64,000 bases of DNA from Octopus vulgaris (lineage: Eukaryota). The DNA is taken from assembly GCA_951406725.2 (NCBI GenBank), contig OX597824.1, forward strand, positions 91,760,001 through 91,824,000, given 5' to 3'. The notes beneath the pieces are model-generated. The model ran no database searches, was not told the origin of the DNA, and saw only the letters and a program-made list of their open reading frames with translations. Position numbers and translations under genes: made by a program. Below, in pieces: positions 13,681 through 29,019 of the stretch (its first letter is position 1; every line of letters starts with the position of its first letter).

Positions 13681-14039
13681 AATGACTGAAACAGATAAAA
13701 GAATAAAAGAATATGTAAATATATATATATATATGTATGTATGTATATATATATATATATATATGTATGTGTCTGTGTATTTATGTATGTATGTATGTAT
13801 GTATGTTCATATATTGGACATTAGCAATGAAACAATATTAGTACCTAATAGCAATATTCACACCCTACCTAACGAGGATGTATTGTAAGAACACTGTAAT
13901 ACTGCACCATTCGTCTTGAGAGAACACCTTCTTGAGAGAACATGTGGTACTTAAATACACAAAAATATCAGTGGCAGACGAACATTTGTTAAACACTGAT
14001 ACACACACAAGCACGCTTGTGCATACGCACACATACACA

Positions 14040-14091
<52 letters not shown>

Positions 14092-15164
14092 TGTGTGTAT
14101 GTGTGAAAGTATCTTCAGATTTATCTGTATATTTTATATCGAAGTGTAAAATGTCTGATTCTGGAAATAAGAGGAAAATGAGTAAATGTTCCCACGTAAT
14201 TATGTATATGCATATGTTTGTCCATATGTGTATCCCTATATGTATGCGTCAATACATAAACACACACACACACACACATAGCTATACTTTTGCACATGTG
14301 CGTGTGTTCGTGTTTGTATGTATATCTGAGATTCATATCTGGCAGAGCGTCAACTCTAAGACATCAGAACAGAAATAAACACATTTACAACACTAATAAT
14401 AAATAAATAATCAAACCAAATAAAAATAAGTAGCTAAATAAATAAAATATATAAATATATTTATCTGTTAACTCAATGTTTCTGTAATATAATATATATA
14501 TATGTGTGTGTGTGTGTGTGATTGTGTGTGTGTGTGTGTGTGATTGTGTGTGTGTGTACTTGAATATAATCCACCCGTAGATTGATTAATATCAGGAGGA
14601 TATCGAGAAGAGAACATTAATTGAATGTTGTAATACCAAACATACACAAATTACTTCGTTATAAACAGATTTTACAGAAGAAATAATCCTCGTGTTATTG
14701 CCGTAACAACCGTAACGGAGCAGCGGCTGTGACAACAACAGCAGCAGCAGCTGATGGAACGACAACAACAACAACAGCAGCAGCAGCAGCAGCAGCAATG
14801 GCAGCAGCTAGGATTCTTGTAAGGGCAGTAGTGGTAATTGTTGTGGTTACTGCTGCTGTTTTATTTGTTTAAATCCATGTCAACTGCATTCGAGAATGCC
14901 AAAGGCATTCCAGATTTGAACCACTCAGTTTTCGTTAACAGTAATCGAATACCTCTATCTTCGTCTTTTTCAAGGGGTTATCTTTAAAACAAAAAGCACC
15001 CTACAGTGATAAATGAGTTAGTGATAATGGGCCAGGGATAAATGAATCGTCTTCGCAAAATTGTTTTAAAATACGTGACTTTATGTTACTGTCACCAAGG
15101 AAGTAATAGCAAATGACTTAACTTGGGTTGAGCTTGTTCCGATGTCTGTTGGATAAAAGAGCCT

Positions 15165-15480
15165 GGAAGTCCTAAGAATTTTGTGGTTGCAATTGATAAT
15201 CAGTTCATTTCGTTTGTTAAGAAGCTGTGTGTCTGACAGTGAAATTTGAGTTACCTCCTGTCTGCACAATAGACGTGGCTTCCGTTCTCCCATGTACGGG
15301 CTTGTAAATTTCACTATGTCTCGTTGCAATGAGTATTGGATGCTTTGGTTTTTAAACTACCATAGGTATTCAGCTAGTGAAGTAATAGTAATAAGAGTAG
15401 TGGCAGTATGTGTCGTCCTTTTTATTGTTAAGCTCCATGTCAACTCCGTCTCCGATAGCTGTAATCGAGTACATATACTT
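15165..15480 (-). mobile_element. Decayed PLE GIY-YIG endonuclease C-terminus
   Basis: Minus frame SLAEYLW*FKNQSIQYSLQRDIVKFTSPYMGERKPRLLCRQE...LLNKRNELIINCNH resembles the PLE pattern LSKYIWxLK...CxLCxxEK...LLNKRSELISKCRH. The pattern is recalled, not searched. Confidence 0.55.
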
Positions 15481-15704
15481 CCATATACCTTCACTCAAAA
15501 ATGGAAATAGACAAAGATGCTACTTAGAGTAAAAGACAAACTTCCTTGCTTTTATTTCGTTATTGACCTCTACGTTCTGAGGTCGAATTCCAGCGAGATG
15601 TGTCTTATATTATATTCTTCCACGGTTGATGAAATAAGTCGTGAAGTTCCCGAGTCCCATACTACAAGTTCGGGGCTTTGTATTTTTGTGAGAAATCAAT
15701 ATAT

Positions 15705-16035
15705 AGGCGCAGATGTGGTTGTGAGGTAACAGGTTTGCTTTTCAGTTACATGGTTCCTGGTTCATTCCCACTGTGTGTCACCTAAGAGTGTCTTCTGTTA
15801 TTGTTCCTGGCCTACCAAACTCTTTTGAGAGTTTTTGGTAGACGGAACTGAAAAAATACCCGTCACATACATGCATACATTACGTACTCGTAACGCAGCG
15901 GTTCGGCAAAGGAGTCCGAGGGAACATGTACCAAGTAAAAATAGAATAAGAACAGGAGTCGGTTCATTCAACTAAAATTCTTCTAAACGGTGCCCCACGA
16001 TGGTCGCAGCCCAATGACTGAAACCAGCAAGAGAT
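15705..16035 (+). mobile_element. Old tRNA-derived SINE (12161 family)
   Basis: GGCGCAGATGTGGTTGTG...GGTAGACGGAACTGAAA...GGTTCGGCAAA...ATGACTGAAAC. Confidence 0.6.
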
Positions 16036-16261
16036 AACATATATATATAATTGACGACTGGTGTTGGTTTGTTTATCTCCACTTAATCAAGTAGTTCGGC
16101 AAAAGCGAACGATAGAATAAACAGTGAACTTTTAAAACAAAGGCCACATCGAGGCAGTACTCCAGTATGACCGCAGTACAATGGCTAAACCATAAGAAAG
16201 AGAATAGAAAGATACAGATTTAAAAGCTAAACAGTACAAAGCTTTTAGCTTTTCGACGAGA

Positions 16262-16338
<77 letters not shown>

Positions 16339-16835
16339 TGATGATGATGATGATGATGATGATAATAATAATAATAATAATAATGATGATGATAAACCGA
16401 ACAAAAAGATATAAACGAAATAAAGTCACTAACAATGAAGAGATAAAAAGATATTTTTAAAAAAAATATATCGAAAAAGCAAGAAAAAGCAAACACGACA
16501 AAAAAGAAAATGGCGACTTAAGAAAAGAATGGAAGGAAAAGCTAAAATAATCATTATATGTTTGACTTTAAAATAGATCCACAATGATTGTTAAGAAGTT
16601 ATAGGTCTGCCCTCTATCTGAAAATGGAACATATTAAAGAATAAACGTGCCAGGAGACAATAAAAGGAAAATATAAAGATCACACGCAGTCGTTCATCAT
16701 TATTCATTTTACTTTACGGAGAAAAAAAAATTTATACCGGAATTTTATGCCAGGTTCTGCAGCCGGTCGACCGCTCGTTATATGCACACAGGCGTACGCA
16801 TCAGTTAATACACCCCTTCTCTCTCTCTCTTTCGT

Positions 16836-16925
16836 TGTAGTAGTAGTAGGAGTAATAGTAGTAGCTGCAGTAGTAGTAGTAGGAGGAGGAGGAGGAGTAG
16901 TAGTAGTAGTAGCAGTAGTTGTAGC

Positions 16926-16990
<65 letters not shown>

Positions 16991-17026
16991 CAGTAGTAGT
17001 AGTAGCAGTAGTAGTAGTAGTAGCAG

Positions 17027-17068
<42 letters not shown>

Positions 17069-17630
17069 CAGGAGTTGTAGGAGTAGTAGTAGTAGTAGCA
17101 GTAGTAGTAGTAGTAACAGTAGTAGTAGTAGGAGTAGTAGTAGTAGTAGTAGTAGTAGTTATTGTTCTTGTTCTCTCCAAATATTCTTCGTCGTTGTCTT
17201 CTACTAATTCTCCTTCCTCTTCATCTCCTCCTGCCGCTCCGCTCCTCTCCCTCTCCTGCTTCTGCTCTCCAGTTCTCTCGCCCTCCAGCTTCTGCACTCC
17301 TCTCCTCTCCTCCTCTTACCTTGCTTCTGCCCTCCTCCCCGTCACATCTCTGTCTCCACCACATCCCTTCTTCCTCACCACAACCTCCAACCCCCTTCTT
17401 GACCACCTCTTCTCACCTTTCCCTCACCACCTTCATCATCTAATTCTTCTCATTCACCTCCACATACCTTCCACCCAATCTTCTTCTTCTTCTTCTTCTT
17501 CTTCTTCTTCTTCTTCTTCATCATCATCACCATCACCATCATCATCATCATCATCTTCTTCTTCTTCGTCTTTTTTTCCTTCTTCTTTTCCTTCTTCTTC
17601 TTCTTCTTCTTCTTCTTCTTCTTCCTACTT
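16836..17630. repeat. Trinucleotide low-complexity block: (GTA)n, CT-rich, (TCT)n
   Basis: Direct inspection. It produces spurious poly-T, poly-V and poly-S ORFs. Confidence 0.9.
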
Positions 17631-18946
17631 TCTTTCTCTCCCTCTCCTTCTATCACTCTCCGATAAATCTCTGGTGCGTCAGACAAATTGTCTTGTGGTT
17701 ACATAATCATCTTTTATGCCCAGATTCCAAATCTCACCGAGTTAAACTCTGCCGTTCACCCCTATCCGGTATCCACCGACATGACGCCCATTCGTTCACC
17801 CCACAAATTATATAAAACGACATGTGATTCTGTCTATCCTTACAGGCAATTATTAAAACTGATGCCTGCGTGGAATCGAAAGAAAAATGAACGAAACCAA
17901 CATGCAATACCCGAGTTACGGCGCCATCCGTTCTGAGATCAAATCTATTCAAGATAGATGTTGCCCATTATTCTTTTAGTAGCGGTGCTTTACATACTAG
18001 TCTCTTTCGTTTTGTACTCGTAGAAATAGAAGTGGAATAATCTGTGAAGATACGTGGCTTAGTTGTGAAGACATTTGGCTGACGATCGTAAAGTCGTGAA
18101 TTCGAGTTTAGCTGTATATTACTCGTCGCTACGTTCTAAGTTCGAATTCCGCCGAAGTCGACTTTGCCTTTATTCCTTTCGCGGTCGATAAAATAAAAAG
18201 CAGTAAAAGATTATCTTTTTCTTTCCCTCCATTGAATTTCTTCTTCTTCTTCTTCTTCTTCTTCTTCTTCTTCTTCTTCTTCTTCTTCTTCTTCTTCTTC
18301 TTCTTCTTCTTCTTCTTCTTCTTCTTCTTTATCTTCTTCTTCTTCGTTCTTCGTCTTCTTCTTCTTCTTCTTCTTCTTCTTCTTCTTCTTCTTCTTCTTC
18401 TTCTTCTTTTCTTTCTTCTTCTTCTTCTCTTCTTCTTCTCTTCTTCTTCTTCTTCTCTTTCTCTTCTCTTCCTCCTCCTTTCCCCCCTTCTTCTTCACTA
18501 CATTACTTCACTGCTACTACATTACAATACACACAGATGAATTAAATCACGGTTGCATACACCTGTCCACACACGTACACATACACGCCCGTACGAACAC
18601 ATGCACTCTACTCGAACGCCTACTCACATACCTTGTTTCATATACAAACATACACACACACACATACAAACACACAAACATAGACACATGCATACAATAC
18701 ATACACATACACAATTATATACACACATACGCATGCATACGCACAGACACACAAACTCACGGAAGAATATAAACGCAGGATAGATGAGTCGAGAGCATGA
18801 CACAACTAAAACCCCACAAAATGCATTAATTATAGATGTACCTACGCCTGTATGTATATATATAAATATCTCCCCCTCTCTCTCTCTCTATATATATATA
18901 TACATATATATGCACGTATGTATGAATATATATATATGTATATGTA

Positions 18947-19008
<62 letters not shown>

Positions 19009-19167
19009 TATATACATACATATATATGCATACATGTATATATGCATGTAAGCATGAATGTATGTTATCATGTGTGTATGCATCTATGTATGAATGTATG
19101 CATAGTAGCTGACTGGCTTGTTGGCTACACGAACACGTGCATGTGTGTATGTGGATATATGTATATA

Positions 19168-19208
<41 letters not shown>

Positions 19209-19802
19209 GCATCTGATATATATATATGTATGTATGTATGTATGTATATATATATATATACATACATATGTGTGTGTGTATATATATATGTATATATATA
19301 TATACATACATTTTTGCATGTGTATATGTGTGTATATATAAATACACATAAATGTATACGTAATTGTGTGTATATACGTCTCTCTGCACATACGATCGTA
19401 TAAACACAACAGACACAATCACACACACAAACACACATATACACACATATACACAGACTCACGCACACACAATTTAGTTACGGCGTATGTTTAAGACGCA
19501 CAAAACAAGAGTTATGTCGGCCATTTCCAATCTTCTACGGTAATGAGCAAACAAATGCGGCCAAGAAAATGCTGATCGTTAAAGAACAGTGTTATCATCA
19601 TTTATCGGAACAGGTTGAGGGAAAGATGGCGGATTTTACGTTGAAAATGTGGCAGGTTGCTTTTCTAACGAGTCAGCTACAGATTAACGGAGACGACTTT
19701 TATAGCTAATCGTTTGCACTTAGGCGCTCAAATATCTCTGTCTTTTAAATGTATTTCGTGGCCAACGGCCAATCATGTGCTACAGTCCGCTGCGCACGAG
19801 AG

Positions 19803-20068
<266 letters not shown>

Positions 20069-20079
20069 TGTATATGTAT

Positions 20080-20166
<87 letters not shown>

Positions 20167-20377
20167 CATATATGTATATATACATATATATACATATACA
20201 TATATATATGTATATGTATATAGGTAGTTTGTGAGTATATATAAATGTGTGTATCCTAGCCTCGAGGCATATTCTTATTTTTCTTTGACACACGAGTAAT
20301 TAGACTCAGCCTACAAACGTGGCACATCTTGGGCTAACAAACTACCCATGATGCATTTCCTCAAGCGAAACGAGCGC

Positions 20378-20434
<57 letters not shown>

Positions 20435-20793
20435 ATGAAAATGCGTGTGCCTATGTATGTGTGTTTGTATTATAGATACCGCGAATTAAGTATAAGTTTC
20501 GTAGCTATGTCTTATGCTTGTGCGTGTGAATGTCTTAAGTAGGTGTTTTTTGCATGTTGTGTCTGGGTTGGGCATGTGTGTTTGTGTGTGTGACTGTCTA
20601 TATTTATGTCTCCTAGAAACGATGTATGTGTGTGTGTCTGTTTGCGTGTGTTACGTGCGTGCGCACAAAACTTTATGTATGTGTGTCTGTGCGTCTGATT
20701 GTCTATATATATGTAAAAGAGTAAGAGTATGTGTATATGTCTGCGTGTATGTGTGAATGCCAGTATATATATATGTGTGTGTGTGTGTGCTTG

Positions 20794-20826
<33 letters not shown>

Positions 20827-21167
20827 ATAAGTGTGTGTGTACATGCGTGAGTCTGAGAGGGAGAGGGAGAAAAAGAGAGAGATGGTGAAAGGACGAGAGG
20901 GATACAGAAAAAGAGGTGTAGTTATGGGGTTAAAATAGAAGACAGGCATAAGTGGTGCGGGGTGGGAAGGTAAAAGGGGTTTATATAACAGATAGGGAAT
21001 TCTGATTAAAAGAATGAGAGAAAAGGAAAGGGAAAGGGAAAGAGAAACAAAAATAAATGGGGCTGATTCAAAATAACCTACCTTACTCATAAGCATCTGT
21101 CTGTCTCAGTCTCTATCTGTCTCTCTCTCACTCTTTCTCTATCTATCTATCTATCTATCTATCTATA

Positions 21168-21244
<77 letters not shown>

Positions 21245-21329
21245 GTCTGTTTATCTATCTATCTCTCCGTCTGTCTGCCTACCTACCTGTCTCTCAGTCT
21301 GTCTGCCTGCCTGTCTGTCTACCTGTATG

Positions 21330-21467
<138 letters not shown>

Positions 21468-22006
21468 GTGTTGTTGGATCGTCTCGTAAGTTAATCGCCT
21501 TTTTTTAACGGTTTATTGGATAAGTTTTGTATCAAATTTTTGCACACGAGGTGTGTAAGGCACCCAGCTTTCGTCTGGGTGTGTTTTCCGAGGGGGAAAA
21601 TTTTTTTCTTTCTCGATTTTTTACATATGTCGGCAAAGCATATCGTCTGACGTGGTCGTATCGTCTGCCTGACGTTTTGTTTACCTTTTTTGCTTTCGAA
21701 GTTTGTGAAGCGCCCAACTTTCGTTTGGGTATTTTTACAGGTGGAATTGGCTCCTAGGGGCAGTTTCATTACCCTTTCAATATCAAACTTTATTTCTCGA
21801 TATTAAAAATGTCGAGAAATTTGATTGTAGAGCAGTGGTCGACAGTATTCGTCGACGAAGACTTTCCCAGCTTAGGAATGATGGAGAGAAGAAGAAAAGA
21901 CGAATCGTTCAATCGCTTACACTCGAAAACAAGCTTTGAATAAGAAATTGCTGTCAATACTAAAGATAATACTTCCACAACACTTGATAGCCCTGTCATC
22001 ACTACC

Positions 22007-22230
22007 TATTTCTTTACTACCCACAAGAGGCTAAACACAGAGAGGACAAACAAGGACAGACAAACAGATTAAGTCGATTAGATCGACCCCAGTAACTGGT
22101 ACCTATTTAATCGACCCCGGAAGGATGAAAGGCAAAGTCGACCTCGGCGGAATTTGAACTCAGAACGTAGCAGCAGACGAAATACCGCTAAGCATTTTTC
22201 CGGCGTGCTAACGATTCTGCCAGCTCGCCG
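22007..22230 (-). mobile_element. Full-length Meta-domain SINE with about 16-bp TSD
   Basis: Complete head-to-tail copy. Flanks are CCCTGTCATCACTACC (21991-22006) and CCCTGGCATCGCTACC (22231-22246). Confidence 0.85.
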
Positions 22231-22564
22231 CCCTGGCATCGCTACCACCACCTCCAAAACTACCACATCTACCACCTTCACTGCAACGACAACCATTAAC
22301 AGCAACAACCACAAGAATAATAATAATAACAACAACAATGACAACAAGAATAAGAACAACAACATCAATGATATTGCTATAAATACGCCTGCTATTTCGC
22401 AGGATTTGGATATCTCACCTATTACTGGTGAAGATAATAATATTAAGAAGACAACATTCACTGTTCCTGGAAATTCCGACACGCACATTACCACCACCAC
22501 TACACCATCAACTAACACTAATTTTGCTGCGGCAACCACCGACACCCACAACGACAACAACAGT

Positions 22565-23260
22565 CAAAAGGAAACTTTTATTAATTTCGCAGACACGTTA
22601 AAAAAAAAAAAAGAAAAGAAAGAAATTGTGCATTTCACAAATGAAGTGTTACTGGAAACCCGGTCACTTTTCACAACATCTGGACAAAACCTGATACTGC
22701 ACACACCACAACACGTTACAGAAGATGTAGAAAAGAGAACAAATCTATATAAAATTATTAGGAAAACCCCCAAAACAGCTGAAGAGATAACAAAAACAGA
22801 CGTGGAAAAATGTGCCAAAACAATAATGAAAACAAAATAATACATAAACTGGGGTCCCCAACTTAATACGGTGCAGGTCCGCTTTCATAATCAGAAAGAG
22901 GCAAAACAGCACTATAAACAGACAATACAGAATGACAAACTCGTCATGGTCCCATACTACATGGGACAGAAAGTAAGCAAAATCAAAATAAAGAATGTCC
23001 CACCCGAACCAAAGTGGATCATATCGGCGATATGTTTTCATTTGAAAACAATAAACATATTAGAAATCGCCGTTTTTCACAATGAAAACTGGCCCGGCAA
23101 CTCGATTGAAATCATGATCCAAATGGATCAAGATTCGATCGACAAATTGCCGAATGTGATCCAACTCGAGAATGGACAAAGCCTGTATGTGGTGGCGGAG
23201 GGGAAAAAACCGCGTGGCTATCTCTGCGTCAGCTCAGACCACTTAATAGCAAAGTTCGTT
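22565..23260 (+). pseudogene. Decayed ORF1 (gag-like) of a non-LTR retrotransposon, probably L1/Tx1-like
   Basis: Complex coding-like sequence with an in-frame stop (VPYYMGQKVSKIKIKNVPPE...KLPNVIQLENGQSLYVVAEGKKPRGYLCVSSDHL). It ends in a degenerate CxxCxxxxHxxxxC knuckle. Confidence 0.55.
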
Positions 23261-23563
23261 TTAGCACATAAAAAACAAGGAGAACAATTACAATCAAAAC
23301 ACAAAACAAATAGAAGACAACCTTTGCTACCATTTACCACCAAAACAACAAATGATGCAAGAAATATACAGAAAATGGAACCACGTCAAGAGCAACAACA
23401 AAGCAGAAAACAAAACCCAACCACATCAGTGGTGCAGTGATGTTGCAGAAGAAAGACCCAAACAAGGGGAATTTTATACAGGAATAACAAAAGATGAAGA
23501 AGAAGAAAAGAAATGGAAGACGTGGAGGAAGTGGAAGACAAGAAATAATAGAAGAAGAAGAAG

Positions 23564-23594
<31 letters not shown>

Positions 23595-24205
23595 GGAAGA
23601 AAAGAAGAAGAAGAAGTGGAAGGAGGATGAGGAGAAGAAGAAGAAAAGAAGAACAAGAAGTGGAAGAGAAGTAATAGTAGTAGTAGTAGTAGTAGTAGTT
23701 GTAGTAGTAGAAGAAGAAGAAGAAAAAGTGGAAGGAGGAGGATGAGGAGAAGAAGCGAAAACGGAAGGAGAAGAGAATGTTAAAGAAGAAAGTGAGGAGA
23801 AAGAGGAAGAAGAAAAAGAAGGAGAATTGGAAGAAGAAGAAGAAGAAGAAGAAGAAGAACAACAACAACAACAACAAGAATGACATCGGAAACAGCAGCA
23901 GCAGCAACGGTAGCAGCAGGTTTTTACGATAAAATGACACGATATTGTTTATATAAAATCCTAGTTTGATAAGAATAGATGAAAAGAAATTTTATCATTT
24001 AGAATGGTGATTCGTAATGGTTAGAAGGGATGGGACCAAATCTCTCTCTCTCTCTCTCTCTCCATTTATATACATACATACATACATACATACATACATA
24101 CATACATACATACACACATACATACATACAAACATACACACACACATACATACATACATACATACATACATACACACATACATACATACATACATACATA
24201 CACAC

Positions 24206-24271
<66 letters not shown>

Positions 24272-25730
24272 CCTTCTTCCATCATTTTGTCTTGACATCC
24301 ACTAACACCACATACCTCCACCACCACCACCACCGTCACCACCACCGTCACCACCGCCGTCACCACACCCCACCATTTACCTCTAAGGTGTGTGTGTCTT
24401 AGTGTCTTAGGCAAGCCAACGTACTACTTAATTCTATCATCTATGGTGTTGTGCAACAACTTATCTTAAATGTGTCGCCAATGTTGTTTCTGATTGGATA
24501 AACAGCAGCTTAAACTCTTTCTTTCTTTCCTTCTTTCTTTCTTCCTTTCTTTCTTTCTCTCTTTCTTTCTTTCTTTCCTTCTGCCCTTTTTCCGTTTGTC
24601 TTTCAGCTTTCTGTTTCGTCTTTCTTAATGTTTTCTTTGTGTTTCCTACTTTATTTTTGCATCTTCTTGGTCGCCTATCGCATCATTGTCTTTCTTCCTG
24701 TCTGTCTTTCTTTCTTTTTTCTTTCTTTCTTTCTTTCTTTCTTTCCTTCTTTCTATCTTTCTTTCTTTTTTCTTTCTTTCTGTCTTTCTTTCTTTCTTTC
24801 ATTCTTTCCTTTTATTCTCATTCCTTTCCGTCATCTATGACACTAAACTCCTTGTTTACCGGAAACGGTTAAATATAACACTCAAAAATAAGTCATAGGA
24901 GACATCTTGAAATACCAAAAGTAAAATAAATATATATGTTTGCTCAAACAAAAGATGTAAAATTTCGTATATTTGCAGTAACAAAAGCAGGATAAAAAGA
25001 TTGTTTTTAGGAGCATTGTAAGGGCGCGGGCACTCGCAATTTCACGTGTGTAGTTTCGATTTCTGGGTCGGATGATGCGTTGTGACCTTGAGCAAAACAC
25101 TTCATTTCACGTTGCACTAGGCCACCCAGCAATAATGAGCAACCAACGTTACGATAACTCGATGTGAAGAAGACGTAAACCAAATGTCCTTTAAATTTCA
25201 ACAAGATGTATTTTGTGAAATGCGGGTGGCTGTATTAACAAGATTTGTGAGTTCTTTGAGATTATCTTTGATCTCTTCGCTGATCGAGTACTATTCTACT
25301 TGTTGAGGCATTACCAAATAATACACAAATATAATACATAAATACATACATGCATACAAACACACACATACACACATATGTACATACATACATGTGTGCG
25401 TCGGACTTCTTTCAGTTACCGTCTACCAAATCAACTCACAAGCTCCTTACAAACTTTGTAGACGAAAGATCTGGAAACTTTTAAAAATCGAGATATTTCT
25501 AAATCTCTATGCTCAGCCTTTATAACCACAGCAAAAGCACGCCTCATAATGTCTTGAGTAAGCTTAGGGTCTGCGATTATTATTTTCTAGATGATAAATG
25601 TTTTATTTTTCATTCCCTTCGAACTTTTATCCCTAATAGTGGTTTGGAATTTGACTGTTCTCTCTAGCGTGCAAGGAGTCCTATGATGGATGCCTCTTAC
25701 GTGCTTAAATGTACACTGTATTTATATAGA

Positions 25731-25962
25731 AGGTGGCGAACTGGCAGAATCGCGAGCACGCCGGGCGAAATGCTTAGCGGTATTTCGTCTGCCGTTACGT
25801 TCTGGGTTCAAATTCCGCCGAGGTCGATTTTGCCTTTCATCCTTTCAGGGTCGATAAATTAAGTACCAGTTACGCACTGGGGTCGATATAATCGACTTAA
25901 TCCGTCTGTCTGTCCTTGTTTGTCTCCTCTGTGTTTAGCCCCTTGTGTGTAGTAAAGAAATA
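25731..25962 (+). mobile_element. Full-length Meta-domain tRNA SINE with 14-bp TSD
   Basis: A box TGGCAGAATCG, B box GGTTCAAATTC, Meta-like core GAGGTCGATTTTGCCTTTCATCCTTTC. TSD TGTATTTATATAGA at 25717-25730 and 25963-25976. Confidence 0.9.
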
Positions 25963-25996
25963 TGTATTTATATAGATACATATATATCTATATCTA

Positions 25997-26183
<187 letters not shown>

Positions 26184-27171
26184 ATCTATCTATCTATATC
26201 TATCTATCCATATCTATCTATATCTATCTATATATATATATATATCTATATATATATACATATAAACATACATACATATATATATGTGTATATATATATA
26301 TATGTTATTTGCGAGCTGAAGAGAGCTGTTATCTGTGAACAAGTTAATATTAACTCCTACAAATCCACCTGTTGCCATTCGTTTAATAAGTCACTTTATA
26401 TGCATCCCCGTAGCGTCTTATGTAATACAATTTATATAACACGAATGACAAACGCACAGAGTATATATACATATATATCTATATCTATATATATATATAT
26501 ACACGCATAAATGCATCTATGTATGTATGTGTATGTATATATAATATATATGTATATATTATGATAGAAAACATAAATATAATTATGCGTGTATAAGAGT
26601 GTGTCTGTGTGTACATATGCTATGTACGCAGCTCTACATTGGTGTCTAACGATTTTATTCCGTCTGGCTCAGTCGGATGTTACTCTGGAGAGTCCCACGG
26701 CGACTGGTTTCATTAAAAAAAGCTAATGTGAGTGAGCTGAAATAAAGTATATGCGTGTAACTATGCACACAGGCGCACGAATATACGTAGATCTTATATT
26801 TATACATGTATGTTTATACATGCATACATACAAACCCAAATACATTTGCACCTGTACACAAATTCTCATGGCTGTGTGGTAAGTAGCTTGCTTACCAGCC
26901 CCATGGTTCCGGGTTCAGTCCCACTCTATCAATAAACTCGACACTATTGATTGATTATACCACGGATATTCAGGTTGTATTTGTGGAATTTGCTCCTTAT
27001 AACTGATGCTTAATTTAAATATTATAGCTTATAAAAATATTCAATTTTTAGCATTGTCTTTATTTTCATTATTTCTTGTTTACACTTTTTCGATATCAGC
27101 GTCTATCGATACTGGAAAAAGGGATAAGTATTTGTGAAGGGAACCTGCTTCTCATCGACAACTGTGATTGT

Positions 27172-27216
27172 CACACGCCGATGACGAGGCAATACCCAGA
27201 AACTCGAGTCCGTGTG
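27172..27216 (+). ncRNA. Minimal type I hammerhead motif (CCGAUGA core variant)
   Basis: CACACG-CCGATGA-CGAGGCAATACCCA-GAAA-CTCGAG-TC-CGTGTG: perfect 6-bp stem I, palindromic stem III, GUC site. Stem II is weak. Confidence 0.7.
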
Positions 27217-27942
27217 TATCATAAGTTGAAGACGGGAAGGATGGCTTCTCTTTGCAAAAAACTGATAGGGCACAGAAAGTGTGTCTATAGCCAGCTGGAG
27301 GAGGTGTCCTCCTGGGGCTACAAACTACAGTAGCATCCACCCTTAGGGGTTAGCCATATTTATATGGCAAATATACGTATAAAAATATTGTTTTACAAAA
27401 ACAAAATTGATGATTTAAAATACCGTGATCCGGTGCGTGTATTTCAGTTCTGCCATGAATTACATTCTGATCTAATGCTTGCCTTTAAAGATATTCTTTC
27501 CAAGTTTGTTGCTATTTTCAGGCCTGATATAACGTATCAAATTTTGGGTTTGCTACTCTTGGTGTAATAGAATATTCAAATTTACTGCTTGGTGAATTTT
27601 GGCGTCCGTTGATGGAAGGATAAGTTCTGTTAATTAGGTTAAACAGCATATGGAATGATTAAGGCGTATGAGACGGAGAGATGAACAACGTCAGAGGTTG
27701 CAGCAGGTTTCAGACAAAAATTCGGAATGTGATGGACAAAATGTAAACCAACAAAAAATAAAAAGAAAAGTTGTGCACAATAAGTAGACCGCCAAAAAAA
27801 CAAAAACGAAGGAAAAGGTATTCCGCGCGTAGCCATTGTTAGTGTGTAGGAAGAAACAAGAGGAAAGAAATAAGAGAAGAAACGATACATGTTTGGGGTA
27901 CATTTGTATTCTTCTGTTTCATCATAATTATTCCTCTTTGAA

Positions 27943-28328
27943 GTGGAGGCGCAATGGCCCAGTGGTTAGGGCAGCGGACTCGCGGTCGTAGGATCGCGGT
28001 TTCGATTCCCAGACCGGGCGTTGTGAGTGTTTATTGAGCGATAACACCTAAAGCTCCACGAGGCTCCGGCAGAGGATGGTGGTGATCCCTGCTGTACTCT
28101 TTCACCACAACTTTCTCTCACTCTTACTTCCTGTTTCTGTTGTACCTGTATTTCAAAGGGCCGGCCTTGTCACTCTCTGTGTCACGCTGAATATCCCCGA
28201 GAACTACGTTAAGGGTACACGTGTCTGTGGAGTGCTCAGCCACTTACACGTTAATTTCACGAGCAGGCTGTTCCGTTGATCGGATCAACCGGAACCCTCG
28301 TCGTCGTAATCGACGGAGTGCTTCCATC
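27943..28328 (+). mobile_element. Full-length tRNA-derived SINE (tail type 1; resembles the octopus OR SINEs) with 13-bp TSD
   Basis: A box TGGCCCAGTGG, B box GGTTTCGATTCC. TSD ATTCCTCTTTGAA at 27930-27942 and 28329-28341. Confidence 0.85.
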
Positions 28329-29019
28329 ATTCCTCTTTGAAAGTTCGTTGCTTTTAGCCATGAATTGTCTTCATGTACCGTAATATCTACATAGTTCTAG
28401 ATTATAATTTAATTTATGGGGGTGTTATCCTCGGTTTGTGTTATGAATTGAAATATTCAAGTTGTAACCGATAAGACAGTAGAGTGTATAAATTCCTATT
28501 AGAGTCTTTCGTAATTGCGAATAAAAGAACGCAACTGCCGCATTATTGGCGACATTTCCATCAATATTCATTAAGGAACTTCCAGTTACCAACTGTCTAA
28601 AATAATTTATTTTTCACATCTTGGAACTGCAATATACTTAAGAGATTGTCAGGTATCGAAAGAAAGTTCATTTATGCATCAACACTAGAGGTATTTCTGC
28701 ATTTTACACAAATGATGCAGATGACATAGGGTATTACGTGTTTTTGAATGTGAATAGGTGAATATACCATACGTATTCTTTGAATACATATTAAATAAAC
28801 CGAATGGGTGAGAATATTCTAACATTATGTTGGCAACCAATTTAATCTCGCAGCCATTTCATATTCCCACGGTTTTTATTTTTGGTTTTTATTTTGCTCC
28901 GCTGCTTTCGTTCCATGTCAGAGAATTTGCTGGGCTAAAATGTTTTACAAAAAAATGTCAAAGCAAACACAAGTATAATAACAATTATTATTAATATCAT
29001 TATTATTGTTATTATTATT

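Noticed and set aside
16704-17706. Mucin-like poly-Thr and poly-Val/Ser ORFs
   Set aside because: Pure (GTA)n and (TCT)n microsatellite, with no splice or domain support.
22001-22015. Apparent third example of the GAAATA|GGTA array junction
   Set aside because: The TACC belongs to the target-site duplication (21991-22006 and 22231-22246). It was used only as target-preference evidence.
27943-28020. Possible functional tRNA genes (also 46508-46582 and other SINE heads)
   Set aside because: A/B boxes are present, but there is no proper acceptor stem and the sequences continue into SINE bodies with TSDs.
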